A DNA stretch of 64,000 nt from Macrostomum hystrix (Eukaryota > Animalia > Platyhelminthes). Under the pieces are notes generated by a model. That model saw only the letters and a program-made list of their open reading frames with translations, made no database searches and was not told the DNA's origin. The translations under genes and the position numbers were made by a program. Location: assembly GCA_950097015.1 (NCBI GenBank), contig CATNEN010000001.1, positions 14,508,001-14,572,000 on the forward strand. The letters are read 5' to 3'. Below are positions 9,826 through 22,445 of this stretch, piece by piece; the stretch's first letter is position 1, and the number at the start of each line of letters is the position of its first letter.

Positions 9826-11470
9826 ACTCATCTCTCCCGTGTCTCATCTCTCCCGTGTCTCATCTCTCCCGTGTCTCATCTCTCCCGTGTCTCATCTCTC
9901 CCGTGTCTCATCTCTCCCGTGTCTCATCTCTCCCGTGTCTCATCTCTCCCGAGTCTCATCTCTCCCGTGTCTCATCTCTCCCGTGTCTCATCTCTCCCGT
10001 GTCTCATCTCTCCCGTGTCTCATCCCTCCCGTGTCTCATCCCTGCCGTGTCTAATCTTTCATGTGTCGCATCTCTCCCGTGTCTAATCTTTGATTTGTCG
10101 CATCTCTCCCGTGTCTTATCTCTCCCGTGTTTCATCTCTGCCGTGTCTCATCTCTCCCGTGTTTCATCTCTCCCGTGTCTTATCTTTCATGTGTCTCATC
10201 TCTCTTGTGTCTCATCTCTCCCGTGTTTCATTTCTCCCGTGTCTCATCTTTCATGTGTCTCATCTCTCTCATCCTCATGTCTCATCTCTACCCTGTCCCA
10301 TATCTGCCGTGTCTCATCTCTCCCCTGTCTCATCTCTCCCGCGTCTCATCTCTCCCGTGTCTCATCTCTCCTCTGTCTCATCTCTCCCGTGTCTCATCTC
10401 TCCCCTGTCTCTTCTCTCCCTTGTCTCATCTCTCCTCTGTCCCATCTCTCCTGTGTCTCATCTCTCCCGTGTCTCATCTCTCCCGTGTCTCATCTCTCCC
10501 GTGTCTAATCTTTGATTTGTCGCATCTCTCCCGTGTCTTATCTCTCCCGTGTTTCATCTCTGCCGTGTCTCATCTCTCCCGTGTTTCATCTCTCCCGTGT
10601 CTTATCTTTCATGTGTCTCATCTCTCTTGTGTCTCATCTCTCCCGTGTTTCATTTCTCCCGTGTCTCATCTTTCATGTGTCTCATCTCTCTCATCCTCAT
10701 GTCTCATCTCTACCCTGTCCCATATCTGCCGTGTCTCATCTCTCCCCTGTCTCATCTCTCCCGCGTCTCATCTCTCCCGTGTCTCATCTCTCCTCTGTCT
10801 CATCTCTCCCGTGTCTCATCTCTCCCCTGTCTCTTCTCTCCCTTGTCTCATCTCTCCTCTGTCCCATCTCTCCCGTGTCTCATCTCTCCCGTGTCTCATC
10901 TCTCCCGTGTCTCATCTCTCCCGTGTCTCATCTCTCCCCTGTCTCTTCTCTCCTTTGTCTCATCTCTCCTCTGTCCCATCTCTCCCGTGTCTCATCTCTC
11001 CCGTGTCTCATCGCTCACGTGTCTCATCTCTCCCGTGTCTCATCTCTCCCGTGTCTCATCTCTCCCGTGTCTCATCTCTCCCGTGTCTCATCTCTCCCGT
11101 GTCTCATCTCTCCCGTGTCTCATCTCTCCCGTGTCTCATCTCTCCCCTGTCTCTTCTCTCCTTTGTCTCATCTCTCCTCTGTCCCATCTCTCCCGTGTCT
11201 CATCTCTCCCGTGTCTCATCGCTCACGTGTCTCATCTCTCCCGTGTCTCATCTCTCCCGTGTCTCATCTCTCCCGTGTCTCATCTCTCCCCTGTCTCTTC
11301 TCTCGTTTGTCTCATCTCTCCTCTGTCCCATCTCTCCCGTGTCTCATCTCTCCCGTGTCTCATCTCTCCTGTGTCTCATCTCTCCCCTGTCTCATCTCTC
11401 CCGTGTCTCATCTCTCCATTGTCTCATCTCTCCCCTGTCTCATCTCTCCCCTGTCTCATGTCTCCCCTGA
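9826..11470 (+). repeat. 16-bp minisatellite (GTGTCTCATCTCTCCC)n with an internal ~422-bp higher-order duplication
   Basis: Direct inspection; the variant block starting near 10081 recurs near 10503. Confidence 0.95.
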
Positions 11471-12351
11471 CCCGTGAGTACTGGCACTCTCTTGTTTCGA
11501 AAGAATGTTCTCATGGTCTGGCAGGACAGATCTCAGTTAAAAAATTTCCACTTGCTGCATGGTTGCATCACATCTGCAGAAATTCCGTTGTCGAGTTTCA
11601 ATGGTTCTCTTGAGACAGTCCCTGTAGTCTGTTGCGTAGCCAATTTTCGGGCAATTTTAATATCCAACAACGAGATTCAAGAAGTGACCCGTCTCAAAAG
11701 AATTTCATTGTTCAGAGCACGCGCCAATCAAACGTATCAATCGAAATGAATCTGAAAGAACCATTGCTCGAGTTCATGCTAGAAATTGTTATATCCATAA
11801 AAGGCTGTGCTTCGATCGCATGGTTACTAAAATATGGTTCTAGGGCGGATGAAATAAAATTGAAAGTCTTTATAGAGAAATTTATGCATCCCAGCAAGCT
11901 AGTCAAATGGTCTAGATAACCATCTGTGTATCTGTGTGTGTGCGTCAGTGAGTGTGTGCTCAGTCATAACCAAAGCATGTTAAGCTCGGCTTTGATAGAA
12001 ATCAAATTTCAAATAATACCGGCGGTATTCTTTGTCTCTCTCTGTGTGTGTCTCCATGTGTACTCGAGAACAACTACTTCTAAGCAATGCCCAACAATGC
12101 ACACATGCATGGTATGGTATTTGCGCAATGACTTTGTGCAAAGCGACCTGTTTACAGAACAATTGTGCAGCGCAGTCAAAATATGTAATCAGAATTTATA
12201 GACTGGTTTAGAGAGACGCAGAGACAAGCTTTGGGGGAGATGGCGAATGCCCGCGTCGGGTAACTTCTAGATCAAGTATGCTTTCTGCGTACATTACGAG
12301 CGTATCTGTACTTAACATTGAGAAGAAGGTAGGAGGTGCAATTGAAGGAAG

Positions 12352-13205
12352 TTTGAATGAAGTGAATAGACGGTGGAATGAAGTGAATAGACGGTGGAAT
12401 GAAGTGAATAGACGGTGGAATGAAGTGAATAGACGGTGGAATGAAGTGAATAGACGGTGGATGAAGTGAATAGACGGTGGAATGAAGTGAATAGACGGTG
12501 GAATGAAGTGAATAGACGGTAGAATGAAGGGAATAGACGGTAGAATGAAGGGAATAGACGGTAGAAGGAAGGGAATAGAGGGTGGAATTAGGGAAATAGA
12601 CGGTAGAATGAAGGGAATAGACGGTGGAATGAAGTGAATAGACGGTGGAATGAAGTGAATAGACGGTGGAATGAAGTGAATAGACGGTGGAATGAAGTGA
12701 ATAGACGGTAGAATGAAGTGAATAGACGGTAGAAGGAAGGTAATAGACGGTAGAAGGAAGGGAATAGACGGTAGAAGGAAGGGAATAGACGGTAGAAGGA
12801 TGGGAATAGACGGTAGAAGGAAGGGAATAGACGGTAGAATGAAGGGAATAGACGGTAGAAGGAAGGGAATAGACGGTAGAAGGAAGGGAATAGACGGTGG
12901 AATAAAGGGAATAGACGGTAGAAGGAAGGGAATAGAGGGTGGAATTAAGGGAATAGCCGGTGGAATGAAGGGAATAGACGGTAGAATGAAGGGAATAGAC
13001 GGTAGAATGAAGGGAATAGACGGTAGAATGAAGGGAATAGACGGTAGAAGGAAGGGAAGAGACGGTGGAATGAAGGGAATAGACGGTAAAAGGAAGGGAA
13101 GAGACGGTAGAATGAAGGGAATAGACGGTAGAAGGAAGGGAAGAGACGGTGGAATGAAGGGAATAGACGGTAGAACGAAGGGAATAGACAGTAGAAAGAA
13201 GGGAA
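12352..13205. repeat. 21-bp purine-rich minisatellite (GAATAGACGGTGGAATGAAGT)n
   Basis: Direct inspection. Confidence 0.95.
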
Positions 13206-13369
13206 AATTGAATTAGGAAGTGAGAAGCGGGAGTATTAGTTGAGATAGAAAGATACTCATAAACGCTGGAAGAAAGAGATGCATTACCTTCACACACATT
13301 AGCATACCTTGTGTTAGCAAGACACAGCTTAGTGTGGAAGACTTCGCCACCTCACCTCCCACTATCAGA

Positions 13370-13430
13370 CATGCCAGCCAATGGGAGTTGATCTGGAGCG
13401 CAGCTGATTGGGCCGGAACATGGCGCCAAA
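13370..13430 (+). promoter_or_regulatory. Candidate TIKI promoter: CCAAT boxes and a YY1-like motif
   Basis: agCCAATggg (~13378), gATTGGcc (~13406) and aacATGGCGcc (~13418), 150-200 nt upstream of the TIKI ATG. Motif-level evidence only. Confidence 0.3.
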
Positions 13431-13579
13431 GCAGCACAGACCGGGACGCCCTTAGCAGAGCACCCGTCACACACTGAGCATGCAACCAATTTAAAAGCAG
13501 AATCAACAGTTTAATTTCAGCTGGCTGGTCAATCGGAAATAAATCGTAAAGGTTTACAACGAAACTGATAAATGGCCAG

Positions 13580-13687
13580 ATGAAAATTTGGCCTTCAGAT
13601 CAGCAATCTGCCGGGTTCTGCTGGTTGCTGCTGTTGGCTGTCTTTCCCATCGATGCGACAGAGCATACTAGCCAGGACTGCGGTCAG
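13580..13687 (+). CDS. TRABD2: TIKI (TraB/PrgY/GumN family) metalloprotease exon 1 (signal peptide); gene = join(13580..13687, 21949..22205, 23223..23833, 24193..24331, 24649..24744, 24841..24997), ~455 aa
   Basis: MKIWPSDQQSAGFCWLLLLAVFPIDATEHTSQDCGQ then CAG|GTGAGT (phase 0). Supplies the signal peptide and conserved Cys missing from exon 2. Confidence 0.65.
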
Positions 13688-13764
13688 GTGAGTCAGGTCA
13701 TCATCAGGGGTCATTGCTTTGGAACTAAGGATCGTTGTCTGCTTCAGTAACTAGCCCTTGTCTG

Positions 13765-14625
13765 TTTCAGGAACTAGTCATTGCTTCAGGAACTAGTCAT
13801 TGCTTCAGGAACTAGTCATTGCTTCAGGAACTAGAACTAGTCATTGCTTCAGGAACTAGAACTAGTCATTGCTTCAGGAACTAGTCATTGCTTCAGGAAC
13901 TAGTCATTGCTTCAGGAACCAGTCCTTGTCGGTTTCAGTAACAATAATCATTGCTTCAGGAACTAGTCATTGCTTCAGGAACTAGTCATTGCTTCAGGAA
14001 CTAGTCATTGCTTCAGGAACTAGTCATTGCTTCAGGAACTAGTCATTGCTTCAGGAACTAGTCATTGCTTCAGGAACTAGTCATTGCTTCAGGAACTAGT
14101 CATTGCTTCAGCAACTAGTCATTGCTTCAGGAACTAGTCACTGTTTCAGGAACTAGTCACTGTTTCAGGAACTAGTCATTGTTTCAGGAACTAGTCATTG
14201 CTTAAGTAACTAGTCATTGCTTCAGGAACTAGTCACTGTTTCAGGAACTAGTCATTGCTTCAGCAACTAGTCATTGCTTCAGGAACTAGTCATTGCTTCA
14301 GGAACTAGTCATTGCTTCAGGAACTAGTCATTGCTTCAGGAACTAGTCATTGCTTCAGCAACTAGTCATTGCTTCAGGAACTAGTCACTGTTTCAGGAAC
14401 TAGTCACTGTTTCAGGAACTAGTCACTGTTTCAGGAACTAGTCATTGTTTCAGGAACTAGTCATTGCTTAAGTAACTAGTCATTGCTTCAGGAACTAGTC
14501 ACTGTTTCAGGAACTAGTCACTGTTTCAGGAACTAGTCACTGTTTCAGGAACTAGTCATTGCTTCAGGAACTAGTCATTGCTTAAGTAACTAGTCATTGT
14601 TTGTTCCAGGAACTAGTCATTGTTT
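13765..14625. repeat. 19-bp minisatellite (GGAACTAGTCATTGCTTCA)n at the 5' end of TIKI intron 1
   Basis: Direct inspection. Confidence 0.95.
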
Positions 14626-15847
14626 TAGAAAATATGAGAAATATGCAAATTGTATCAAATCGGAACCGGGTTGATGAGGTCAAGGACAGATTAAACAGAC
14701 GACAAAATGCTCCCTATAGATCTATAACCCAGGACTTTGATTGACAAGTCGGATAAGATACAGAATAGGAAAAAATATTTAGCTACCTTTTTGATCTGCA
14801 CAAACCAAGATTTTAAAGAAAAAATATAGGTTAAATTACATTCTGACATTCAGCAATGCTTTGATATTCCTAAACTGCTCAAATAGTTCTCAACCAGAGT
14901 ATATTATCAGGGTAAGTGTTTATCCAAGAATTTTTAAGTTTCATAACTTGCGCAATAATCAGAACAATGGCAGGGTAATAAAAAACGTGACTTTTCAATT
15001 GAGCTTAATGACTCGAAGAATTTGTTTGAGCAGGCTGGTGCCAAGCACCCTGTCCAGTCCTATCTGAGTCGGACAGTTGAGCAGTTTTCATTCAAATTTC
15101 GATTGGCAGTCGGACCTGCAGGTTGGGCCACCCCAGCATCTGGTGTTCGTGGGCCGCGTGGGAATTGAAATTTGTTAAAAAACGTTCCCATTATTTCGTT
15201 AAGATCCCAAACGGGAAGAGAAATCGACTCATGGCACCCGGGCCAGACGGGACGGCGATAGAGTGGAGTCTCCCCCGTCCCAATGTCTCCACGCCCCTTT
15301 CCTCTCCTTGAGACCAGAAGCGGCTCATTGAGACTCTCATGCGGCGGGGCGGTCTCTCGGGGCCCTCAATCCCTGCTGCCCTTGGTCTGAGTGGCAGCTG
15401 TCAGTCATTGCGGCCTCCGCAACCCAAACGGCTACGCCAATAATTTCTGCTGCTTTCAAGAGCCTCTGAAGAGACAGGAGGGGCTGGCCAGCGAACGGAC
15501 ACACGCTAATTGCTGAGAAGGCGGGGTCGCTACCCTCAATACCTCCCCTGTCTACCACTCTCTCCCTCTGCCCCTTCCACCCAGTAAGTGACGTCACACC
15601 AGTGGCAGACAATGCATTGGAAGCCAATGAAAGGCCGGACATTGGTGAGTCAAGCTTAGGACAGGAAGGAAGTGGATGCAATGGCGAGAGTTTGTTGTTG
15701 TGGTTGGGAGAAAGGAGTTGAATGCGAGTCATTCAAGTACGAAACGGGTGATGGACTATTGAGAAAAAAATCGACCCGGAAGGCTTGAGTGACTTTCTCA
15801 CTAAATAAAGAAATCTCAGCCCAAAGGTTCGAGCTGTGTGAGAGAGA

Positions 15848-15895
15848 GGTCGGGAGTTCGAATCTCGTGTATTTGAGCAAGACGCTTAACTCGCT
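15848..15895 (+). mobile_element. SINE family A fragment (B box + start of CORE)
   Basis: ggtcgggagttcgaatctcgtgtatttgagcaagacgcttaactc resembles the head and core of the 5975-6274 element. Confidence 0.5.
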
Positions 15896-15974
15896 TAGTG
15901 CAGGGCACGACAACCCCCAAATACGGCCCTCGAAGCTGCTGAAATCTGCCCCCGTCTAATCTCACATGTGTCTT

Positions 15975-16441
15975 AATTCTCTCTCATTTCTCCCCAGTCT
16001 CAATTCTCCCCAGTCTCATTTCTCCCCAGTCTCATTTCTCCCCAGTCTCATTTCTCCCCAGTCTCATTTTTCCCCAGTCTCATTTCTCCCCAGTCTCATT
16101 TCTCCCCAGCCTCATTTCTCCCCAGCCTCATTTCTCCCCAGTCTCATTTCTCCCCAGTCTCATTTTTCCCCAGTCTCATTTCTCCCCAGTCTCATTTCTC
16201 CCCAGCCTCATTTCTCCCCAGTCTCATTTCTCCCCAGCCTCATTTCTCCCCAGTCTCATTTCTCCCCAGTCTCATTTCTCCCCAGTCTCATTTCTCCCCA
16301 GTCTCATTTCTCCCCAGTCTCATTTCTCCCCAGTCTCATTTCTCCCCAGTCTCATTTCTCCCCAGTCTCATTTCTCCCCAGTCTCATTTCTCCCCAGTCT
16401 CATTTCTCCCCAGTCTCATTTCTCCACTGTCTCATCTCTCC
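15975..16441 (+). repeat. 16-bp minisatellite variant (CAGTCTCATTTCTCCC)n
   Basis: Direct inspection; related to the GTGTCTCATCTCTCCC family. Confidence 0.95.
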
Positions 16442-16529
16442 TTTTTTCCTTCTGCCCCTGAGGCCCAATTTTTTTACCGTCTGCTTCAGAATTTGACCAG
16501 AGAGGTAATAAAAAGGTACCTAGGGTACT

Positions 16530-16587
16530 GTTCACCTAAGCTGTACTCGTAAAATGGGTACCAGCATCAGGTGGTCTGGTGTGGCGG
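16530..16587 (+). mobile_element. SINE family A fragment (distal CORE)
   Basis: gttcacctaagctgt...aaaatgggtaccagcatcaggtggtctggtgtggcg resembles gttcacccagctgttaaatgggtaccagcatt...ggtgtggcg. Confidence 0.5.
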
Positions 16588-17082
16588 TAATAGCACGTAT
16601 CAGCCAGACAAAATGTTTCAGTATCAAGGTACGTTTGATATAGAAATTTTAGGCAAAAGTGGTTATAATTGGTATCTAAACTATTGTTTAGGAGTCATAA
16701 TATAAAACTAGTTAACACTATCATTCCTATTAATATACGCAACAGTCAAATTTTTATCCAGATTCCATTGAAAGTTTTGAATTTTAGGCCCATAAATGAA
16801 TGCAGAAATTCCTACGAGCGTAAGTGTGCTTTTTATGGTTTTCATCGATGGCGTCGTAAAATACCCACCGTTTTTCTGCTTTATTATATATAAAGTGGGA
16901 CAGTTGAATATTATGGGCCACACACAGCGACAAGTCAGCATTGTTTGCCTTGTACCTGGGCAATTTAAGATCTCTTAACCTGGTACACCCTTGGTGCTAC
17001 ATATACTCGTAGTTTAACAAAGGTATCGTCAGACTCTATCTGATTTTCAGATATCTAAAAAATAATTTCTTATTTTTTGAGG

Positions 17083-17580
17083 GATGAGACACGGGAGAGA
17101 TGAGACACGGGAGAGATGAGACACGGGAGAGATGAAACACGGGAGAGATGAGACACGGGAGAGATGAGACACGGAAGAGATGAGACACGGGAGAGATGAG
17201 ACACGGGAGAGATGAGACACGGGAGAGATGAGACACGGAAGAGATGAAACAACGGAAGAGATGAGACACGGGAGAGATGAGACACGGGAGAGATGAGACA
17301 CGGGAGAGGTGAGACACGGGAGAGATGAGACACGGAAGAGATGAGACACGGGAGAGATGAGACACGGGAGAGATGAGACACGGGAGAGATGAGACACGGG
17401 AGAGATGAGACACGGGAGAGAGGAGACACGGGAGAGATGAGACACGGGAGAGATGAGACACGGGAGAGATGAGACACGGGAGAGATGAGACACGGGAGAG
17501 ATGAGACACGGGAGAGATAAGACACGGGAGAGAGGAGACAGGAGAGAGATTAGACACGGGAGAGATCAGACAGGAGAGGG
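17083..17580 (-). repeat. 16-bp minisatellite (GGGAGAGATGAGACAC)n, reverse orientation of the 9826-11470 family
   Basis: Direct inspection. Confidence 0.95.
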
Positions 17581-18399
17581 ATAAGTCAGGGTAGATAAAA
17601 CACAAGGGGAGATGAGACGAGGGTCTAGTAGCATTGCAGGCCATATCTGGCTGGTGGCTCAAAATTTCCTTGAGCAATTTTAAGATGGCCTATGTTTTTT
17701 GTATTTTTCTTATTCCCCAGGGGGGTCTAACATAGGTTAAAAGGGAATCCCCATTCACAGATAGTACCTAATTAGCTACTTACTGAAATATTAAATCAAC
17801 TGAAACTCATTGGAGAGGTAGGACGACAATCTAAATTGATAAACAAACCAATTTAGACATCAGAAAACAGCTTAAAATCCACCGCAACGCATAGATAGCA
17901 GTGCGGCGGTTAGCAGGACGGCATCTTTTGATCTTTTGTTCTTATTTTTTCGTCACAGAGAGAAATTTAAATTAGTGGCCGTGCCTTTCAAAAGCTGGGC
18001 GGTCTCATGTCTCACGCAAGGTGCTGGTGCCAAATGGAATCTGGAATCTAAAGAACAAATCTGCACTGTTCTTTCACAGCTCGCGTGGTGTCTCAGATGT
18101 CGGGTAGATCAGTTTCTTTCTTTGATTCTTTAAAACGCGCGGTCACAGCGCCATGAAGAGAAAAAAAGGATGAATCAATTTAGGTAAATTGATTCTAAAA
18201 CGCCTTCTTAGCAGTTGCTCCTTAGTCGGGCAGTTGAGATCGGGTTGCATCTGGGTCTAAATAAAATCTCCTTGTGTTGCGAGCGAGAGTGGAGCGAATG
18301 CGTGAGTGCGAGTGAAGCTTTCACAGCCGTGTCAACACAACTCAGTCATTCTTCAGCTCTACCTTCGTGTCCGGAAAATAGCGAGCCATTGCGTGGGGG

Positions 18400-18874
18400 G
18401 GCAGAGGATGGCCGAAAGCAAAGTGGCTGGTCGTCCCATATGTGACTTTAGCAACAAGAAGGGGAGAAAAGTGGAGTGTGGGCTCGGCAGGGAAATGCTG
18501 CTGCTGCTTGTCCTCAGGTGAGTGGCCAGCACAGGGGAGAAGTGCTTTTTTACCTGGGCAATAGTGGCAAGTTGCGTCTGCAAAATTTAGCGGTAGGAGG
18601 GCTGCGCCAGAGAAAAATTTCTTGGGAAGATTTTCCCCTCACTATTAAAATGTTCGGGCGAGATTGTGGGGGCCCAGGCTGTTATCCCATCGCTCACCGG
18701 GCTGGAAGCTGGAAGGCAATCGCCGAGCAAACATCACATTGGAGCTTTCCAAGCAAATGGGTCGTCCATCCCGGCCTCACATGCCAGGAATGCTTTTCAG
18801 ACAAAATTAATGGATGCCGCCTAACAAGAAGCGCATTTTCTCTCTGTACCGTGTCAAACCTACAAAAACTGTAA
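18400..18874 (+). pseudogene. Possible decayed ZZ-zinc-finger (Mind bomb-like) gene fragment inside TIKI intron 1
   Basis: VHPGLTCQECFSDKINGCR..AFSLC resembles the ZZ finger (H-x3-CxxC..I.G.R..CxxC..LC) but lacks the second CxxC. Upstream frames are broken by stops. Confidence 0.3.
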
Positions 18875-18899
18875 ATGCCCGTAATGCTGTTGTGGCTAA

Positions 18900-21671
18900 T
18901 GCTACTGCGTCCCTTAGTGCTGCTGCGTCCCTTAGTGCTGCTGCGTCCCTTAGTGCTGCTGCGTCCCTTAGTGCTGCTGCGTCCCTTAGTGCTGCTGTGT
19001 CCCTTAGTGCTGCTGTGTCCCTTAGTGCTGCTGTGTCCCTTAGTGCTGCTGTGTCCCTTAGTGCTGCTGCGTCCCTTAGTGCTGGTGTGTCCCTTAGTGC
19101 TGCTGTGTCCCTTAGTGCTGCTGCGTCCCGAGACTTAGTGCTGCTGTGTCCCTTAGTGCTGCTGCGTCCCTTAGTGCTGCTGTGTCCCTTAGTGCTGCTG
19201 TGTCCCTTAGTGCTGCTGTGTCCCTTAGTGCTGCTGTGTCCCTTAGTGCTGCTGCGTCCCTTAGTGCTGGTGTGTCCCTTAGTGCTGCTGTGTCCCTTAG
19301 TGCTGGTGTGTCCCTTAGTGCTGCTGCGTCCCTTAGTGCTGGTGTGTCCCTTAGTGCTGCTGTGTCCCTTAGTGCTGCTGCGTCCCTTAGTGCTGGTGTG
19401 TCCCTTAGTGCTGCTGTGTCCCTTAGTGCTGGTGTGTCCCTTAGTGCTGGTGTGTCCCTTAGTGCTGCTGCGTCCCGAGACTTAGTGCTGCTGTGTCGCT
19501 TAGTGCTGCTGTGTCCCTTAGTGCTGCTGTGTCGCTTAGTGCTGCTGTGTCCCTTAGTGCTGCTGCGTCCCGAGACTTAGTGCTGCTGTGTCCCTTAGTG
19601 CTGCTGTGTCCCTTAGTGCTGCTGTGTCCCTTAGTGCTGCTGTGTCCCTTAGTGCTGCTGTGTCCCTTAGTGCTGCTGCGTCCCTTAGTGCTGCTGTGTC
19701 CCTTAGTGCTGCTGTGTCCCTTAGTGCTGCTGCGTCCCTTAGTGCTGGTGTGTCCCTTAGTGCTGCTGCGTCCCTTAGTGCTGCTGTGTCCCTTAGTGCT
19801 GCTGTGTCCCTTAGTGCTGCTGCGTCCCTTAGTGCTGGTGTGTCCCTTAGTGCTGCTGTGTCCCTTAGTGCTGGTGTGTCCCTTAGTGCTGCTGTGTCCC
19901 TTAGTGCTGGTGTGTCCCTTAGTGCTGCTGCGTCCCGAGACTTAGTGCTGCTGTGTCGCTTAGTGCTGCTGTGTCCCTTAGTGCTGCTGTGTCGCTTAGT
20001 GCTGCTGTGTCCCTTAGTGCTGCTGCGTCCCGAGACTTAGTGCTGCTGTGTCCCTTAGTGCTGCTGCGTCCCTTAGTGCTGCTGTGTCCCTTAGTGCTGC
20101 TGCGTCCCTTAGTGCTGCTGTGTCCCTTAGTGCTGGTGTGTCCCTTAGTGCTGCTGTGTCCCTTAGTGCTGCTGTGTCCCTTAGTGCTGCTGTGTCCCTT
20201 AGTGCTGCTGTGTCCCTTAGTGCTGCTGTGTCCCTTAGTGCTGCTGTGTCCCTTAGTGCTGCTGCGTCCCGAGACTTAGTGCTGCTGTGTCGCTTAGTGC
20301 TGCTGTGTCCCTTAGTGCTGCTGCGTCCCGAGACTTAGTGCTGCTGTGTCCCTTAGTGCTGCTGTGTCCCTTAGTGCTGCTGTGTCCCTTAGTGCTGCTG
20401 TGTCCCTTAGTGCTGCTGTGTCCCTTAGTGCTGCTGTGTCCCTTAGTGCTGCTGTGTCCCGAGACTTAGTGCTGCTGTGTCCCTTAGTGCTGCTGTGTCG
20501 CTTAGTGCTGCTGTGTCCCTTAGTGCTGCTGCGTCCCGAGACTTAGTGCTGCTGTGTCCCTTAGTGCTGCTGCGTCCCTTAGTGCTGCTGTGTCCCTTAG
20601 TGCTGCTGCGTCCCTTAGTGCTGCTGTGTCCCTTAGTGCTGCTGCGTCCCTTAGTGCTGCTGTGTCCCTTAGTGCTGCTGTGTCCCTTAGTGCTGGTGTG
20701 TCCCTTAGTGCTGCTGTGTCCCTTAGTGCTGCTGTGTCCCTTAGTGCTGCTGCGTCCCTTAGTGCTGCTGCGTCCCGAGACTTAGTGCTGCTGTGTCGCT
20801 TAGTGCTGCTGTGTCCCTTAGTGCTGCTGCGTCCCGAGACTTAGTGCTGCTGTGTCCCTTAGTGCTGCTGTGTCCCTTAGTGCTGCTGTGTCCCTTAGTG
20901 CTGCTGTGTCCCTTAGTGCTGCTGCGTCCCTTAGTGCTGCTGTGTCCCTTAGTGCTGCTGTGTCCCTTAGTGCTGCTGTGTCCCTTAGTGCTGCTGTGTC
21001 CCTTAGTGCTGCTGTGTCCCTTAGTGCTGCTGTGTCCCTTAGTGCTGCTGTGTCCCTTAGTGCTGCTGTGTCCCTTAGTGCTGCTGTGTCCCTTAGTGCT
21101 GCTGTGTCCCTTAGTGCTGCTGTGTCCCTTAGTGCTGCTGTGTCCCTTAGTGCTGCTGCGTCCCTTAGTGCTGCTGCGTCCCTTAGTGCTGCTGCGTCCC
21201 TTAGTGCTGCTGTGTCCCTTAGTGCTGCTGTGTCCCTTAGTGCTGCTGTGTCCCTTAGTGCTGCTGTGTCCCTTAGTGCTGCTGTGTCCCTTAGTGCTGC
21301 TGTGTCCCTTAGTGCTGCTGTGTCCCTTAGTGCTGCTGTGTCCCTTAGTGCTGCTGTGTCCCTTAGTGCTGCTGTGTCCCTTAGTGCTGCTGCGTCCCTT
21401 AGTGCTGCTGCGTCCCTTAGTGCTGCTGTGTCCCTTAGTGCTGCTGTGTCCCTTAGTGCTGCTGCGTCCCGAGACTTAGTGCTGCTGTGTCCCTTAGTGC
21501 TGCTGTGTCCCTTAGTGCTGCTGCGTCCCTTAGTGCTGCTGTGTCCCTTAGTGCTGGTGTGTCCCTTAGTGCTGCTGCGTCCCTTAGTGCTGCTGCGTCC
21601 CGAGACTTAGTGCTGCTGTGTCCCTTAGTGCTGCTGTGTCCCTTAGTGCTGCTGTGTCCCGAGACTTAGTG
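18900..21671. repeat. 18-bp minisatellite (CCCTTAGTGCTGCTGTGT)n with recurrent 5-nt (CGAGA) insertion units
   Basis: Direct inspection, ~150 copies. Confidence 0.95.
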
Positions 21672-21948
21672 ACGCATCTTAATTTTCCATCCACTCCCAT
21701 GCCAACAAGTGTAACTATTGGAAACTGTGACTTCACAGTAAGATTCGCGAATTTTACGAAGAATAAAATAAATAACAAAAACAAAAGAGCACAATGTAAG
21801 AGAAAGACAGAGAGGGAGAGGCACAGCAAATCACGTGAGCTGGGGGGTCGGAAAACGTAGCTCATGAAAGGGTGCAAACAGTTGAGACTTTAGATTAATT
21901 AGAGGACAGAATTCACAATAGCCATTCATGGCGCCCCACCTGACACAG

Positions 21949-22205
21949 GAGAAGCGGAGCTCGTATCTTTGGCGTATCGACCGCCAGCCTCCAGCCTACC
22001 TGCTCGGCACCATCCACGTGCCCTACACGGCCGTGTGGGACAGCCTCAGCCCAGCTGTGCTGCTCGCTCTCGGCTCCGTCCAGTCGTTGCACCCGGAGCT
22101 CGATCTCACCAGGCAGGAGACCGTCAGCCAGCTTGCCCGGTGTCAGCTGATCGGGGAGGCGGGGACTCAGCTGGAGGATCTTCTACCAGTTGGTCTGGTG
22201 GACAG
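21949..22205 (+). CDS. TRABD2: TIKI exon 2
   Basis: [28 protein letters not shown]...ELDLT...CQL matches the TIKI motif [27 protein letters not shown]...ELDLT. Acceptor acacAG; donor AG|GTGAGA. Confidence 0.92.
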
Positions 22206-22238
22206 GTGAGACCAGGAATCGGATGACCAATCCTTCCG

Positions 22239-22445
22239 AATCCTCAGTGGCGCTCCCAAATCCTCAGTGGCGCTCCCAAATCCTCAGTGGCGCTCCCAAA
22301 TCCTCAGTGGCGCTCCCAAATCCTCAGTGGCGCTCCCAAATCCTCAGTGGCGCTCCCAAATCCTAAATGGCACTCCTAAACGCTAAATGACACTCTAGAA
22401 TCCTCAGTGGCCCTCCAAAATCCTTAGTGGCGGTCTAAAATCCCC
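22239..22445. repeat. 20-bp minisatellite (AATCCTCAGTGGCGCTCCCA)n at the 5' end of TIKI intron 2
   Basis: Direct inspection. Confidence 0.9.
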
